A model generated the notes under the pieces. The model saw nothing but the letters and a program-made list of their open reading frames with translations. It was not told the DNA's origin and searched no databases. A stretch of DNA of 64,000 nucleotides from Mytilus trossulus (taxonomy: Eukaryota): the NCBI RefSeq assembly GCF_036588685.1, contig NC_086378.1, positions 89,156,001 through 89,220,000 on the forward strand. Reading direction: 5' to 3'. Shown piece by piece: positions 51,746 through 64,000 of the stretch. How positions within the stretch are numbered: the stretch's first letter is position 1; each line of letters opens with the position of its first letter. The position numbers and the translations under genes were made by a program.

Positions 51746-52897
51746 TTTTTTTTTTTTTAAGTTAAAATATGTTTTATTATAAAATCTATTTAAACATGAC
51801 ATTCATTGACATTTCATGATTAAAACAAAAATGATGATGAAAAATACAGCACTTTCAGTCATTTCTTTTACATTGCTCCATAGCAAAAAGATAATAATGT
51901 AGCTGTTAGCCTGTAGGTCAGTGAAGCCGATGAAACTTAAAATATTTTACACAGTTAAATTTTAAATTCATCATGAACATGTATAAATACTTGACAATAT
52001 CATAAAAACTACTCAAATTTTGTTCTGAAGAAAGATGACAGGATTGTTGCCCCTTGAATGGGATGAATAAAATAATGATTTTATATACAATGATAAATAT
52101 ACAATCATCTAAGATGAACAATATATACAAATGATCAACTATACATAACAGAAATTGTACATTTCTTGATCCAGGATACCCCCCAATTGTTCACGATACA
52201 GAATCGCCAGTGTTTATTCATCATCATCTTCATCCTCCTCCTCCTCTTCTTCATCATCGTCATCTTCCTCTTCTTCACTCTCTGGCTTGGCTTTCTTTGC
52301 TGGGGGTCCTGCAGGTTTCTTTGCTGAAGCTGCACCACCTCCCCTGTATTTTGCCATTGCCTGTTCATATCTGATTTTATCTGCGGCTGCCTGTTTTTCA
52401 TATTTTGTTCTATCTGTTTGTTTCTCCCACCGTTTTCCCATCTCCTTGGCTACGAGTGCTACTGACTAATCACCATGATCTTTCCTTACTTTTGGTCTTT
52501 CTTCATTACAGAAGAAAAAGAATGCAGAAAGTGATCTCTTTGGTGCATTAGGATCTTTGTCTCTCTTCTTTCTGCCGACCTTCTCTCCTGGTCCTGGCTC
52601 ATAATTTTGCATTTCTAGCTCATATCTAGCTTTGTCTTTCTCTGCCATTTCTTCATATTTCCTCTTTTCCTTGGCACTGATTTCCCTCCATTTTTCTGCA
52701 CACTTTTTTGTGAATTCAGCAAAAACAACTTTTTCTGTTGGATTTTTCTTCTCGTGTTCCTCTCTGAATGACTGCACAAAGAAGGCATAAGATGACATAC
52801 GTCCACGGGGCTTTCCGTCCTTCTTTCCCATCTTGATTTATTATTGATTTAAATAGTTCTATACCCAAGCTGGAAATGTCGCAATGATAACCCACGC
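51746..52897 (-). pseudogene. HMGB: Processed retrocopy of HMGB (two HMG boxes plus acidic tail) with one nonsense codon
   Basis: Intronless frame 52831-52214 ([33 protein letters not shown] tail) interrupted by an in-frame TAG at 52466-52468. AATAAA at 51773-51778, A13 tail at 51746-51758, TSD taattttatatcg at 51733-51745 and 52898-52910. Confidence 0.95.
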
Positions 52898-53329
52898 TAA
52901 TTTTATATCGTCAAATATTAAGTAGGACAATCTGACCATATGGTGAAAAAAGAGTTAAATGAACAAATCTACAATAAAAGTAGCATTTTCATATCATAGA
53001 CAATTCAATGGACCATATTAGGCGTGGCTTAATAATAATTTTGCTAAATCTTAAAAAAACGTATCAGGGAATACATGCAATGAAAGAGGGTGAGTTCATA
53101 GTACATCGCTCACAAATATGCTCTGGGGTAATAGATGGGAAACTGTACCGCTATTTTCAATTAATAATCTATGGAAGCAAGCACAAAACGGTCAGATTAT
53201 TATATCAAACCTCGGCAGAAGAGTGAAGATAGCTATAACAGTATTCCTGAATGATGGAAGAAGGCAATTTAACAATTATGAGACTGCCTGTCATATTCAC
53301 TAAATTATGGAAATAAGAAAGAATCAAAA

Positions 53330-54330
53330 GTGAAAGAGGGACGAAAGATACAAAAGGGACAGTCAAACTCATAAATCTAGAATAAAACGTCATGGCTAAA
53401 AATGAGGAAGACAAACAGACAAACAATAGTACATATGACACAACATAGAAAACCACAGAATAAACAACGCGAACCCCATCAAAAACTAGGGATGATCTCA
53501 GGTGTTCCGGAAGGGTAAGCAGATCCTGTTCCACATGTGGCACCCGTCGTGTTCCTTATGTGATAACAAATCCGGTAAATAGTATAATTCGGTAGGTCAT
53601 ATTCATGAAAGGGAAGGGGATTGTAGTTACGACTTAAGGTACATAACCGATATCATTTGTGAAACGGTTATTCTATAACGGTCAACCAACTCGTGATGGC
53701 GTCTGTAAAATTTACAAAGGAATGTTTTCAACTTCACCATTTGGAACTCTTGGTTTAATAGCTGCCTTGTGAGCAGCAACCCTCTATCAAGAAAATCATG
53801 ATAGGAAATGCAAGCACGGACATATCGTATCAATTGGGAGATATATACCCCGTATGCAGGTGCTGTTGGAATGTTGCTACATAGAAATGGAAAGTTCACA
53901 ATTGAAAAGCTTAAATCATCACTTTTGTCGTAAAGTTTATTTTTCAACCGACGCTCATTATCAATTTCTAGATGTAAGTCAAGATACGAGTCCGACCTAA
54001 CTGTATCTGTAGTATCCTTTATCTCTAGTTTGTTGGGATAGATGCGTTCAATATAGTCACCACATTTTGCATTATTTAGTGAAAGAACATCATCTATATA
54101 GCAGAAAGTAGAGTTAAAGGGTAATGCTAACTTCTTTTCTTTTTCCTCAGAAGTTCCAGCCTCATAATAATAAAGAAATAAGTCGGCAAGTAGAGGGGCG
54201 CAGTTTGTTCCCATTAGAATGGCGGCAGTTTGTTGAAAAACACGTCCTTCGAACGTAACAAATATGTCTTCAATCAATAAATCAAGCATCTTGATTATAT
54301 CAGTTTCTTGAAACTTGATACATAGCAATA
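53330..54330 (-). mobile_element. 5'-truncated Penelope-like retroelement (RT C-terminal half plus 3' region)
   Basis: MGTNCAPLLADLFLYYYE, YIDDVL, YLDLHL, KLYDK, PAYGVYISQLIRY. The 3' region also occurs alone at ~31040-31250. Confidence 0.88.
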
Positions 54331-54672
54331 TAAGAATACCTTATTGATTGGAAAATTTATTTATATAGAATTTTTCAATATCTAGAGTGGAATAATTTAA
54401 TTTGATGTGATGAATCGTACCATGGATATTGCATTCAATTTTCATTGTATTTTCATAAGTTATATTTTTTTATACCTTTTTTTTTTTAAAACAAGATGTG
54501 CGTTGGTCTCTTTCTTATTGAGCCGGGCATTGTCAGTTATTTCCGATCTATCAGTTTGAATGTCCTTCTGGCATCTTTCGCTTTTCTTTTAATCGCTTTA
54601 AAAGGGACCGTAATTTGCCTTATGAATGACAATTAAGTTATTCTACAAAAGACCTTGATAAGCTATTATATA

Positions 54673-55276
54673 TGTTACGGCCAGAAATCGCCTTTAAATT
54701 GTAGCCAACAAAAGACACAAATCAATAGTAAAATTTAACAATATTTAATATACAAAAGTTTACAAAAGGTATTACACAAATATTACTGTTAACTTAACTG
54801 TCAAAATATGAGTCCAATCTGTTATCTTTATCTGTATCCGGAAATCTTTCGGAATCCAATTTGAATATTACGTTCACTACTAATGTCACAATCGAGTATG
54901 ATGTTGTTTGTAGAATAAAAGTGTCAATCCAAATGCTGTGAATACCAATGTCTATCAATGTCTATGTCCAAGTTTAATTATGAGAGGTTAACTTAAGTGT
55001 CTGTATATATAGTGTTGTCATGGAAAATTCTAGAACACTCTATAATGGAACATTGTGGAAAATCCTGGAAAGTTACAACGGAAGTTTCTGGAATAACGTA
55101 GAACTTTAAATTACGCATCTTTTATAAGGATAATTCTAGAAAGTTCCAATCATTCTGTGATTGTTCCAGTGATTCTTAAACTGCACAGTTATAAGATTAT
55201 TTGGTAAACAACTATCAGGCCATACAACACAAATTTGGCCAATATAAATAAACATAATAATTACAATATCATAACA
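54673..55276. mobile_element. Solo LTR (604 bp)
   Basis: TGTTA...TAACA termini with a 4-bp TSD tata. The paralogous region at ~39152-39195 shows the empty site (gaccttga...ctattatata...atttataac). Confidence 0.8.
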
Positions 55277-56235
55277 TATAAAATTATTTATAACGCGTTA
55301 TTTGTCCCGGATTTTGATAAAGATGATTCCAAGAATTGTAAAAGTATAATTAAACTTGTTGTTTGTGTACTTTATTATAACATGTAAGGGATGATTTCAA
55401 TTTTAACATGGTTGGAACGAAAAGGCTAGTTAATTCGATGCGAGTTTTCGAATATAGAAAGGTAGGTATAATTATTTAGTTGGTAGTTTATTTTATAATA
55501 GTTTTGAAGCTCTTACATTTAATGTATTCTTTGATCATGTACATGTCTTTTTATTGTAATCCTTTATGGCAATGCCACTGTGACGATTCAAAGTTTGACA
55601 CATAATAGCACACATAAGATTCTAATTCCGATTTAACTATTCAGTGATACTCGAAGCAAACATCTTCAGGAATCTGGGACCATAGACAAACGGCACACAG
55701 TTGACACCATATAAAAGACGACAAGGTTATAAAGAGCAAAATGGTTGAACTCTTTCAGATACACGATTGAATTAAAAGCATGCCTGCTAACTTCAAAACC
55801 TCCATGGATATATTATAGTACACTGTCAGACGTCAGATATACATTTTCATAATTCTTTTTCAACAATGGCAAATTGCAATCTGTATGTTTGCAACATAAC
55901 CATGGAACAAATAGGGTTTTCCCTCACAAGATTTTTTATAAAAAAAAAGACATGTTCGAGAAACAACACAATACCTCTGTTGAACATAAGTAAATACAAA
56001 AGCTATTACTTGTCTTTCTTGATGAAATAGAATTAAAGTGTTATATGCTTGTTTATTTACACTGAATAACTGCCATTTTTTTTTTATTTGATAGCAATAA
56101 CATTGAAAAGAAGCCATCAAACAGTTGGACTAAGTCACGCTGCTCTTCTTCTAGTGCGGAAACTTCCGCGAAAGGTTCCTACACTGCTTAACAACACATT
56201 GTACACGAGTAGTTACAAGCGGCGAATACGACATT

Positions 56236-57640
56236 ATGGGTTATTGTTTACTTCAACCATGCCGATTCCATGTTACCGTCTTACTGTGTATATTATTTAT
56301 TCATCATGTGAATACTAAAAATAAGATTCAATCAGAAAAGAAATCACTAAAACTGTCAGGTTATGAACTGAATAATATTACGTTTTCTGTCTTACAACCA
56401 TGGGATAAATTTTGTTACATAAATGAGTTACCAAAACTAGACAAAGCTAGTGAATACTATAGCGAGATTATTTGCAATGTCAACAACAATGTTTTAAACT
56501 TTCTTCATTTTCGAGGCTTCACATCCAGAACTAAAGAAGATACGTTATTTTCCGTTGACATAACATGTGGTCATAATGGAAGCGTTTTCTTTCCATACCC
56601 GGGCCGAGCACGTCTGCTCCATTCATTACGAATATCAGGCTGTGTTTTGAATGGATTTACATCCGAGGCAACATCTGATGATATTGATACAATACCTGAT
56701 AGTATGAAATATTTTACTTTGGTCAATTCAGTGATATATATGACTCAAAATGATGTTCAACAGTTTCAAGGAGCAAAACATTTGACTAAGTCTTTTCAAT
56801 GTGGTAATATAAACGCTATTAAAATAATTGAAAACAATATATCTTGCTGGATTGGTAATAAGAGTAAACGTTCACGATTAGAAACTTTTCAAGCGCGACC
56901 TAATTTCCGTGAACGCACCTGCACCTATAAATATCTTCGACATTTGCACAAAAGTTTTTCAATAATTCAGCCATTCACTAGACAGATTGATAAATCTATG
57001 TATCTTAATATTGAAATCCTCAACTTTAGTGCTGCCAGTATAATAGAAACACCAAAACAGGTTCAGGAATGGAGACTCGATTCAAAATATTTGAAATATT
57101 TTGATCTAAGTCAAAACTTAATAGAAGATGTGTACCCTATAATATGTCACGATAGCAACAACAGTGATAGGCCCGAAGGATTTGGAGATTTACGTTATAA
57201 TAACATATCATCTCTCAGACTATTTGGATTCACGAAATTGGTCCATTTCATTTGTGATAAGCTAACAGTTGATATTCGAAACAATCCATTTAGGTGTGAT
57301 TGTGAAATAAAGCACTTTCAAGACTTTTTAGAAAAATACATTATAAATCGTACTGCATCTTTTTTTTAGGTATATGCATGGAGAACAAACAGTTTTCTCT
57401 CGTTATAAATATCTGTATGATCTTAAATGCTACAATCCACCTTCACTAAGGGGGAGAATTATATATGAGCTATCACTTAGTGAAATCGGATGTAAGCCCA
57501 AATTACAAGTTGTTACACATATTCCGACAAAGCCAATTATAGCAGTGATGCTTGTTAGTTTATTTCTCTGTGTGAGTCTTTTTGTTGGTTTCAGATATCG
57601 AGATAAAATGGCTGTAAGTTGTAGTAAATGGCTAAAGTAG
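56236..57640 (+). pseudogene. TIR-less LRR-TM receptor B, split by a +1 frameshift in a T8 run (377-aa ectodomain-only ORF; 467 aa if repaired)
   Basis: ORFs 56236-57369 and 57374-57640 are colinear with the 491-aa paralog. Deleting one T at 57360-57367 joins them as ASFFRYMHGEQTVFSRY. This could be an assembly error. Confidence 0.8.
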
Positions 57641-58309
57641 GTTCTTCCTGTCGATAGTGATATCATTAAACAGATGATAAGAATGCAAAAAAAATGAATA
57701 AAAATTATCATACTTATAATACTTTTAGTGTGTATTTTTGTCTTAATAATATATGATTTACCACTTGGATGATCTTCGAAGACAGCCGACGGCTATATAA
57801 CCTTCTATTCACATAAATGTAAAAACCAATAGATGGCGAGTACCTCCAATTAAATTTTCTAGGTTTGTTTGATTTGATTATATTGAAGATTAGAATTTTA
57901 ACCTGTATAAGAAAGTTTTTTTTGTGGATCGAATCCGTCAACAGAATGGTTCGTCCCTGTTTCACTTTCGATGTTGACATTCTTTACCTGTAAAAAAGCT
58001 GAATCTATGGGTAGCCCATAAGGGATTATGTTGAAAGTCACATAAATCAAGATTCTATGAGGTTGATTTATTCACTTGCGAGTGAAAAATCTATCAACGA
58101 CATTTCTTTGCTTATTTGACAAAAAGTTCACCATACTGGCTGCTAAACTATAAATACGATTTATTATTTCAACATTTTATTTTCATTTAAGTTTGAACAA
58201 AAATATAATTTCTGAATGTTTTATATCTCGTAGATAATGGCCATTTAAGCCCTCCTTCACTTGTTCAGTTACTGTAAATATAAAGACATTGATACTCATT
58301 GTTTTACTC

Positions 58310-60283
58310 GATCTCATGTTGATACCACATACCCCATAATGGTTTGTCCTACCTAGGATCTAGTATTGATACCACATACCCCATAATGGTTTGTCCTACC
58401 TAGGATCTCGTATTGATACCACATACCCCACAATGGTATGTTCTACCTAGGATCTGGTATTGATACCAAATACCCCACAATGGTATGTTCTACCTAGGAT
58501 CTCGTATTGATACCACATACCCCACAATGGTATATCATACCTAGGATCTCATGTTGATACCACATACCCCACAATGGTATGTCATACCTAGGATCTGGTA
58601 TTGATACCACATACCCCACAATGGTATGTCCTACCTAGGATCTCGTATTGATACCACATACCCCACAATGGTATGTCCTACCTAGGATCTCGTATTGATA
58701 CCACATACCCCACAATGGTATGTCCTATCTAGGATCTCATGTTGATACCACATACCCCACAATGGTATGTCCTACCTAGGATCTCGTATTGATACCACAT
58801 ACCCCACAATGGTATGTTCTACCTAGGATCTGGTATTGATACCACATACCCCACAATGGTATGTCATACCTAGGATCTGGTATTGATACCACATACCCCA
58901 CAATGGTATGTCCTACCTAGGATCTGGTATTGATACCACATACCCCACAATGGTATGTCCTACCTAGGATCTAGTATTGATACCACATACCCCACAATGG
59001 TATGTTCTACCTAGGATCTGGTATTGATACCACATACCCCACAATGGTATGTCCTACCTAGGATCTAGTATTGATACCACATACCCCACAATGGTATGTT
59101 CTACCTAGGATCTGGTATTGATACCACATACCCCACAATGGTAGCTTCTACCTAGGATCTCATGTTGATACCACATACCCCACAATGGTATGTTCTACCT
59201 AGGATCTGGTATTGATACCACATACCCCACAATGGTAGCTTCTACCTAGGATCTCATGTTGATACCACTTACCCCATAATGGTATATCATACCTAGGATC
59301 TCGTATTAATACCACATACCCCACAATGGTATATCATACCTAGGATCTCGTATTGATACCACATACCCCACAATGGTATGTCATACCTAGGATCTGGTAT
59401 TGATACCACATACCCCACAATGGTATGTCCTACCTAGGATCTGGTATTGATACCACATACCCCACAATGGTATGTCCTACCTAGGATCTAGTATTGATAC
59501 CACATACCCCACAATGGTATGTTCTACCTAGGATCTGGTATTGATACCACATACCCCACAATGGTAGCTTCTACCTAGGATCTCATGTTGATACCACATA
59601 CCCCACAATGGTATGTCATACCTAGGATCTGGTATTGATACCACATACCCCACAATGGTAGCTTCTACCTAGGATCTCATGTTGATACCACATACCCCAC
59701 AATGGTATGTTCTACCTAGGATCTCGTATTGATACCACATACCCCACAATGGTAGCTTCTACCTAGGATCTCATGTTGATACCACATACCCCACAATGGT
59801 ATGTTCTACCTAGGATCTCATGTTGATACCACATACCCCACAATGGTATGTCCTACCTAGGATCTCGTATTGATACCACATACCCCACAATGGTATGTCC
59901 TACCTAGGATCTCGTATTGATTCCACAAACCCCACAATGTTATGTCCTACCTAGGATCTCGTATTGATACCACATACCCCACAATGGTATGTCCTACCTA
60001 GGATCTCGTATTGATACCACATACCCCACAATGTTATGTCCTACCTAGGATCTCGTATTGATACCACATACCCCACAATGGTATGACATACCTAGGATCT
60101 CGTATTGATATCACATACCCCACAATGGTATGTCCTACCTAGGATCTCGTATTGATACCACATACCCCACAATGGTATGTCCTACCTAGGTTCTCGTATT
60201 GATACCACATACCCCACAATGGTATGTCCTACCTAGGATCTTGTATTGATACCGCATATCCCAAAATGGTATGTCCTACCTAG
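58310..60283 (+). repeat. 47-bp minisatellite, ~42 copies
   Basis: Unit tgataccacataccccacaatggtatgtcctacctaggatctcgtat, with a few recurring variants. Confidence 0.97.
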
Positions 60284-61849
60284 TTTTCATTGAATTTATT
60301 ACTCGGGTACAATCCTTTATTAATCATTTGTCTTAATACTCACAAAGACATATACAATATCAAAATCCTGTACCCATGAGTCTGCGGTCTATATATGACA
60401 CAAAGAACACATTCAACATCACCGTTATTAAGCATTATAAAAATATCGTAATTCAAAATGCATGCTTTGAACGAGTTGTTTATTTCTTTGTTGATAACAA
60501 GATTACTTAGCCGTAGCCACATATCTCATACCGCCGATATGTTATTGAGGAAAAGCATTGCGTGTGCAGTGTATATGATTGTATCTTATGCACATCAACT
60601 TTATTATAAAGTGAGTTTTTGGCTTGTTTTTGTTATGCCATATGCAAAAATGGTGTCATTGTGGTACAATAATGACCAAGACCAACTTCTTTCGTGAAAA
60701 TGATAGATATGAACAGCTATATACTAGTATTACGGAAACAGTCTTATTAAGTACGAGAGATTTCATGACGAACAATATGAGAGGACTGGGTTCAAGAGGT
60801 GTCATTGTGGAACGATAGTCCAATGATTGAACAAATCCTATATTCTTTTGTAAAATTGTTAAATCTTGTGTCGAAAGTAAAATTATAAACCTACTGAACT
60901 CCCTATAGGAAAAACCAGGGTTTAAATTGTGTACGCTAAACACGCGTTTAGTTTACTAAAGAATCATAAATGCGCCTAGTCAGGAGCCTCGTGCCATTGT
61001 TACTCTTGTATGATCTTTTCAATTTTTGTTTATATATGTCTTTCGGAATTTAGTGTGACGTTCATATTCATTGAACGTGTGCATATTCACTGAATGTGTG
61101 CATATTTTTAGTTAGGGACACAGCTCAAGCCCTCTACCTGGTTCAGGATTTTCTCGTTATGTTTAACACCCATTGTTGAGTTCGGATGTTTTCTGCTTTT
61201 GGGTCGGGTTTTTTTTTGACACTTTCTCAATTTCCATTCTTAATATTATATGTCAAAGGGTATTAATAAATATCATATGCAAATTTAGGACATCTAGACG
61301 TTTGGCAAACACTAATTTTGATAATTGAGAAGCTCAATATTGCCTTAACAATAAAACGTGATTCAAATGTTCGGGTTGTTTTACAGAGTTATCCCTATAG
61401 TGTTAAGTACCACCATTTTTCATAAATATATATTGTAAGCTTTTAGATTACAACGATTATTTCCAATCTATAACAGGGAAATGCTTAAAAAACATTGATA
61501 AAACTTGACATTAACAAACGGTTCACTGATTTAATGAATTGTCTCCATAAACCAAAGTCACCTACCCCCTCTACCCTTGACCGTTATCTTTTCTCTGTCC
61601 GTTTTCCTTCCGTCTAAAAAGTAAATATAGTGTTGTGTTGAATTTGGGTAAAAAATCCCAAACTGTAAATAAAAAAAAGGATTTCTTGGAATTTAAGAAA
61701 ACAGCAAAATTTTAAATAACATGAATGAGTATTCAAGAAAAAAATAAATAATCATATCAATAATGGAAATATTGTAACTATGAATTAAAATGCATCAATA
61801 CTAAAGTTGTTCGTGTATTCAAATGTTGTGTATTTTAACACATATCGGC

Positions 61850-63840
61850 TTCCAGTTCAGATAATCTCGGAGACTCCATAACCAGCATGATGAACGTTCT
61901 ACTGATTTTCCTGGCTGTATTACGGCTGTCTCCCTTGCCTTTGTGGCTATTACCATTGTCTGTAGCATCCTTTATACTGACTGTGCATGAAAACCTCTAC
62001 AGCATACGTCTACTGGGAACAGCAACGCTTCCCACCTCTCCCTCTCTCTCTTCAAGTTGTCATCAGCGCTGTGTACTTTTTCTGGATGATATGCTTCTTT
62101 GCATCTCTCTTCCCAAGGAACTGTTAGTTCTATTGCTTCCACATCTTTGACATCTGTAACCAGAACTACAATGTCTGGTCGAAAGGATGTGAGTACGCAT
62201 TCTGGAAACACAAGCTTCTTTCCAATGTCGGCCCTCATTTTTCATTTACTGCACTGTTGCATGACCAGTATCTCCCTCTCTGATGAATCTTTGTATGAGT
62301 GTGTTTCATGCAGATACCTTTCTGGTTCTTCCTTACTACAACATGTACAATAAAGATGCCCTGTTCTTTCTACACTAAACAGTGTTTTAGTGTAGTATTA
62401 TGGATTCTTAATGAAGTTCGCTCTATTTTCGCTTTCTTCTTATACCTATTTTTGAGTTTTTCTCAACTCTTCTCTTACACTAAAATTGAGAATGGAAATG
62501 GGGAATGTGTCAAAGTGACAACAACCCGACCAAATAAAAAAAAAAAACAGCAGAAGGTCACCGACAGGTCTTCAATGTAGAGAGAAATTCCCGCACCCGG
62601 AGGCGTCCTTCAGCTGGCCCCTAAACAAATATATACTAGTTCAGTGATAATGAAATGATAATAACTGTCTGTTATTTCCAACTTATCTATCTTATCGCTT
62701 CTCTTGTACCTCCTGTTTATGTACTTAAGCTCCTTCCTAAAGTGTTTAATTTACTGTCCTCTCCCGTTTGGCGCCTGCTTGATGTTACTCCTTTCTTTCC
62801 TCTTCTCAACACCAAATATCTCCTTCCCAGTGTTATATGTTAGCAAAGTCAGTGTTTCCATCCTCTTCTAAACACATCCTTTGAGCGATGTTTCTAGAAT
62901 TACCACTGAATCGTCGTTCAGATCTCTACATTGGGCTTCACTGTTGCTCTTTCGCCATGTTATCCTTTCTGGTGTGATGTCTCTTGTCTTTACTGTGTAA
63001 TGTGCTCCTCACCATCCAAGATGGGATGACACTGATAAAGAGAGATTCCTTGCGCTATGGTTTGTGTCCTGGCTATGATTCTCTTGCGTCCAACCGGATA
63101 AATATGTGCGCTGCACTGTAACAATTCTTCGACTGCATCCCGACCTTCAGCTATGAATCTTTAAGCATCTTTGGTTCTTGCAAATATTTCCACAATGGAA
63201 GTTAGTTTCTGCTTTCTCACCTGTCAAATTTGTGTGCGCCATTTGTGTCGTTGTCCGTTTTCGTTTCCAAGTCATTGTCGTTTGATCTGTTTGGTGGCGC
63301 CCCTCGTCCTCCCCCTCCGGGATGACTCTGAAGGTATACTTCGTCACTCTGTGTAGTAGCTAGCTGTCTTTTGTGTTCCTTCACGCACGGAAACCACACT
63401 TAAGGTAGTTGTCTTCGAGTGCCCATACCAGTCTGTTCCCGTCTGTCGGCTGTCTCTCCAGTTTCCATTCAGCAATTCCTGATGGTCATTGGTTTCCAAG
63501 AAGAAAAGATTATGACTTACAATGGGTGGCATTCTGTTTTTCTTTTATGTCATATTCTCTTGACTGCTCATCTTCTCTCATCTATGAATCTCTGAAGCTC
63601 TCTGTCGATGTTTTGATGACTTCAGATGGTTCCAGCCTTCAACAGATGCAACCCTGTATCATTACATCCTCCGGTTGGCGGGTAAGTAGAGGTTGCCAAA
63701 CCTATATTTATCAGTACTCGGCATCAAGCTCAGATCATATCGGCGATGCCTTAATCGGCAAGATGAACGTTCTGCTGCTTCTCCTAGCTGTCTAACTGCT
63801 GACTTCATGTCCTCCATTACAAGTAGCATCCTCCACAGGT
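61850..63840 (-). mobile_element. Degenerate RLE-type non-LTR retrotransposon relics (Hero/NeSL-like), interrupted by a family C repeat
   Basis: RPDIVV...IELTVPWEE...FPVDVCCRGF.AQS restriction-like endonuclease signature at 61972-62238. A second 3' end (EAAERSSC) lies at ~63730-63830. Confidence 0.75.
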
Positions 63841-64000
63841 AAACAGTACAATCATAAAAAATACCAGAATAATTCAATAGAAAGTCCCTATATATATAAC
63901 TATTCAAATGACAAAATCTAAAGCTCTAACACATCAAACAAATGGATAACAAATGTCATATTCCTGACCTGGTACTAGCATTTTCTAAGGTAAAAATGGT

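Noticed and set aside
52441-52470. Frameshift or programmed readthrough in HMGB
   Set aside because: Both ORF halves are in the same frame, and a single G>A nonsense change in a retrocopy explains it. Nothing supports readthrough.
53205-53543. 112-aa hydrophobic ORF (also 30966-31325 and 21991-22335)
   Set aside because: Translation of high-copy repeat 3' regions, not host genes.
58310-60283. CRISPR-like regular array
   Set aside because: Units are contiguous with no unique spacers, there are no cas genes, and the context is eukaryotic; this is a minisatellite. The same applies to 41597-41941 and 24226-24835.

Overview
AT-rich metazoan genomic DNA, probably a bivalve. Mytilus is my inference from the repeat families and minimal hammerheads; I have not verified it. 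The left half holds two divergently oriented, multi-exon housekeeping genes: BOP1 (minus strand, 11 coding exons read, running off the left edge) and inositol monophosphatase (plus strand, 7 coding exons, 275 aa). Their introns and spacer are filled with transposons. The right half is an innate-immune cluster made of a tandemly duplicated head-to-head gene pair. Each pair has a short-ectodomain Toll-like receptor with a TIR domain (minus strand) facing a paralogous LRR-TM receptor with the same ectodomain but no TIR (plus strand). The TIR-less copies share a probable gene-conversion tract and conserved upstream motifs, including a kappaB-like site. The second copy has a 1-nt frameshift that would make it secreted. 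Between the genes of pair 2 lie an HMGB processed retrocopy (poly(A), 13-bp TSD, one nonsense codon), a Penelope-like RT fragment and a solo LTR. Also present: minisatellites derived from exon/donor junctions, degenerate hammerhead ribozymes, nested DNA transposons and LINE relics.
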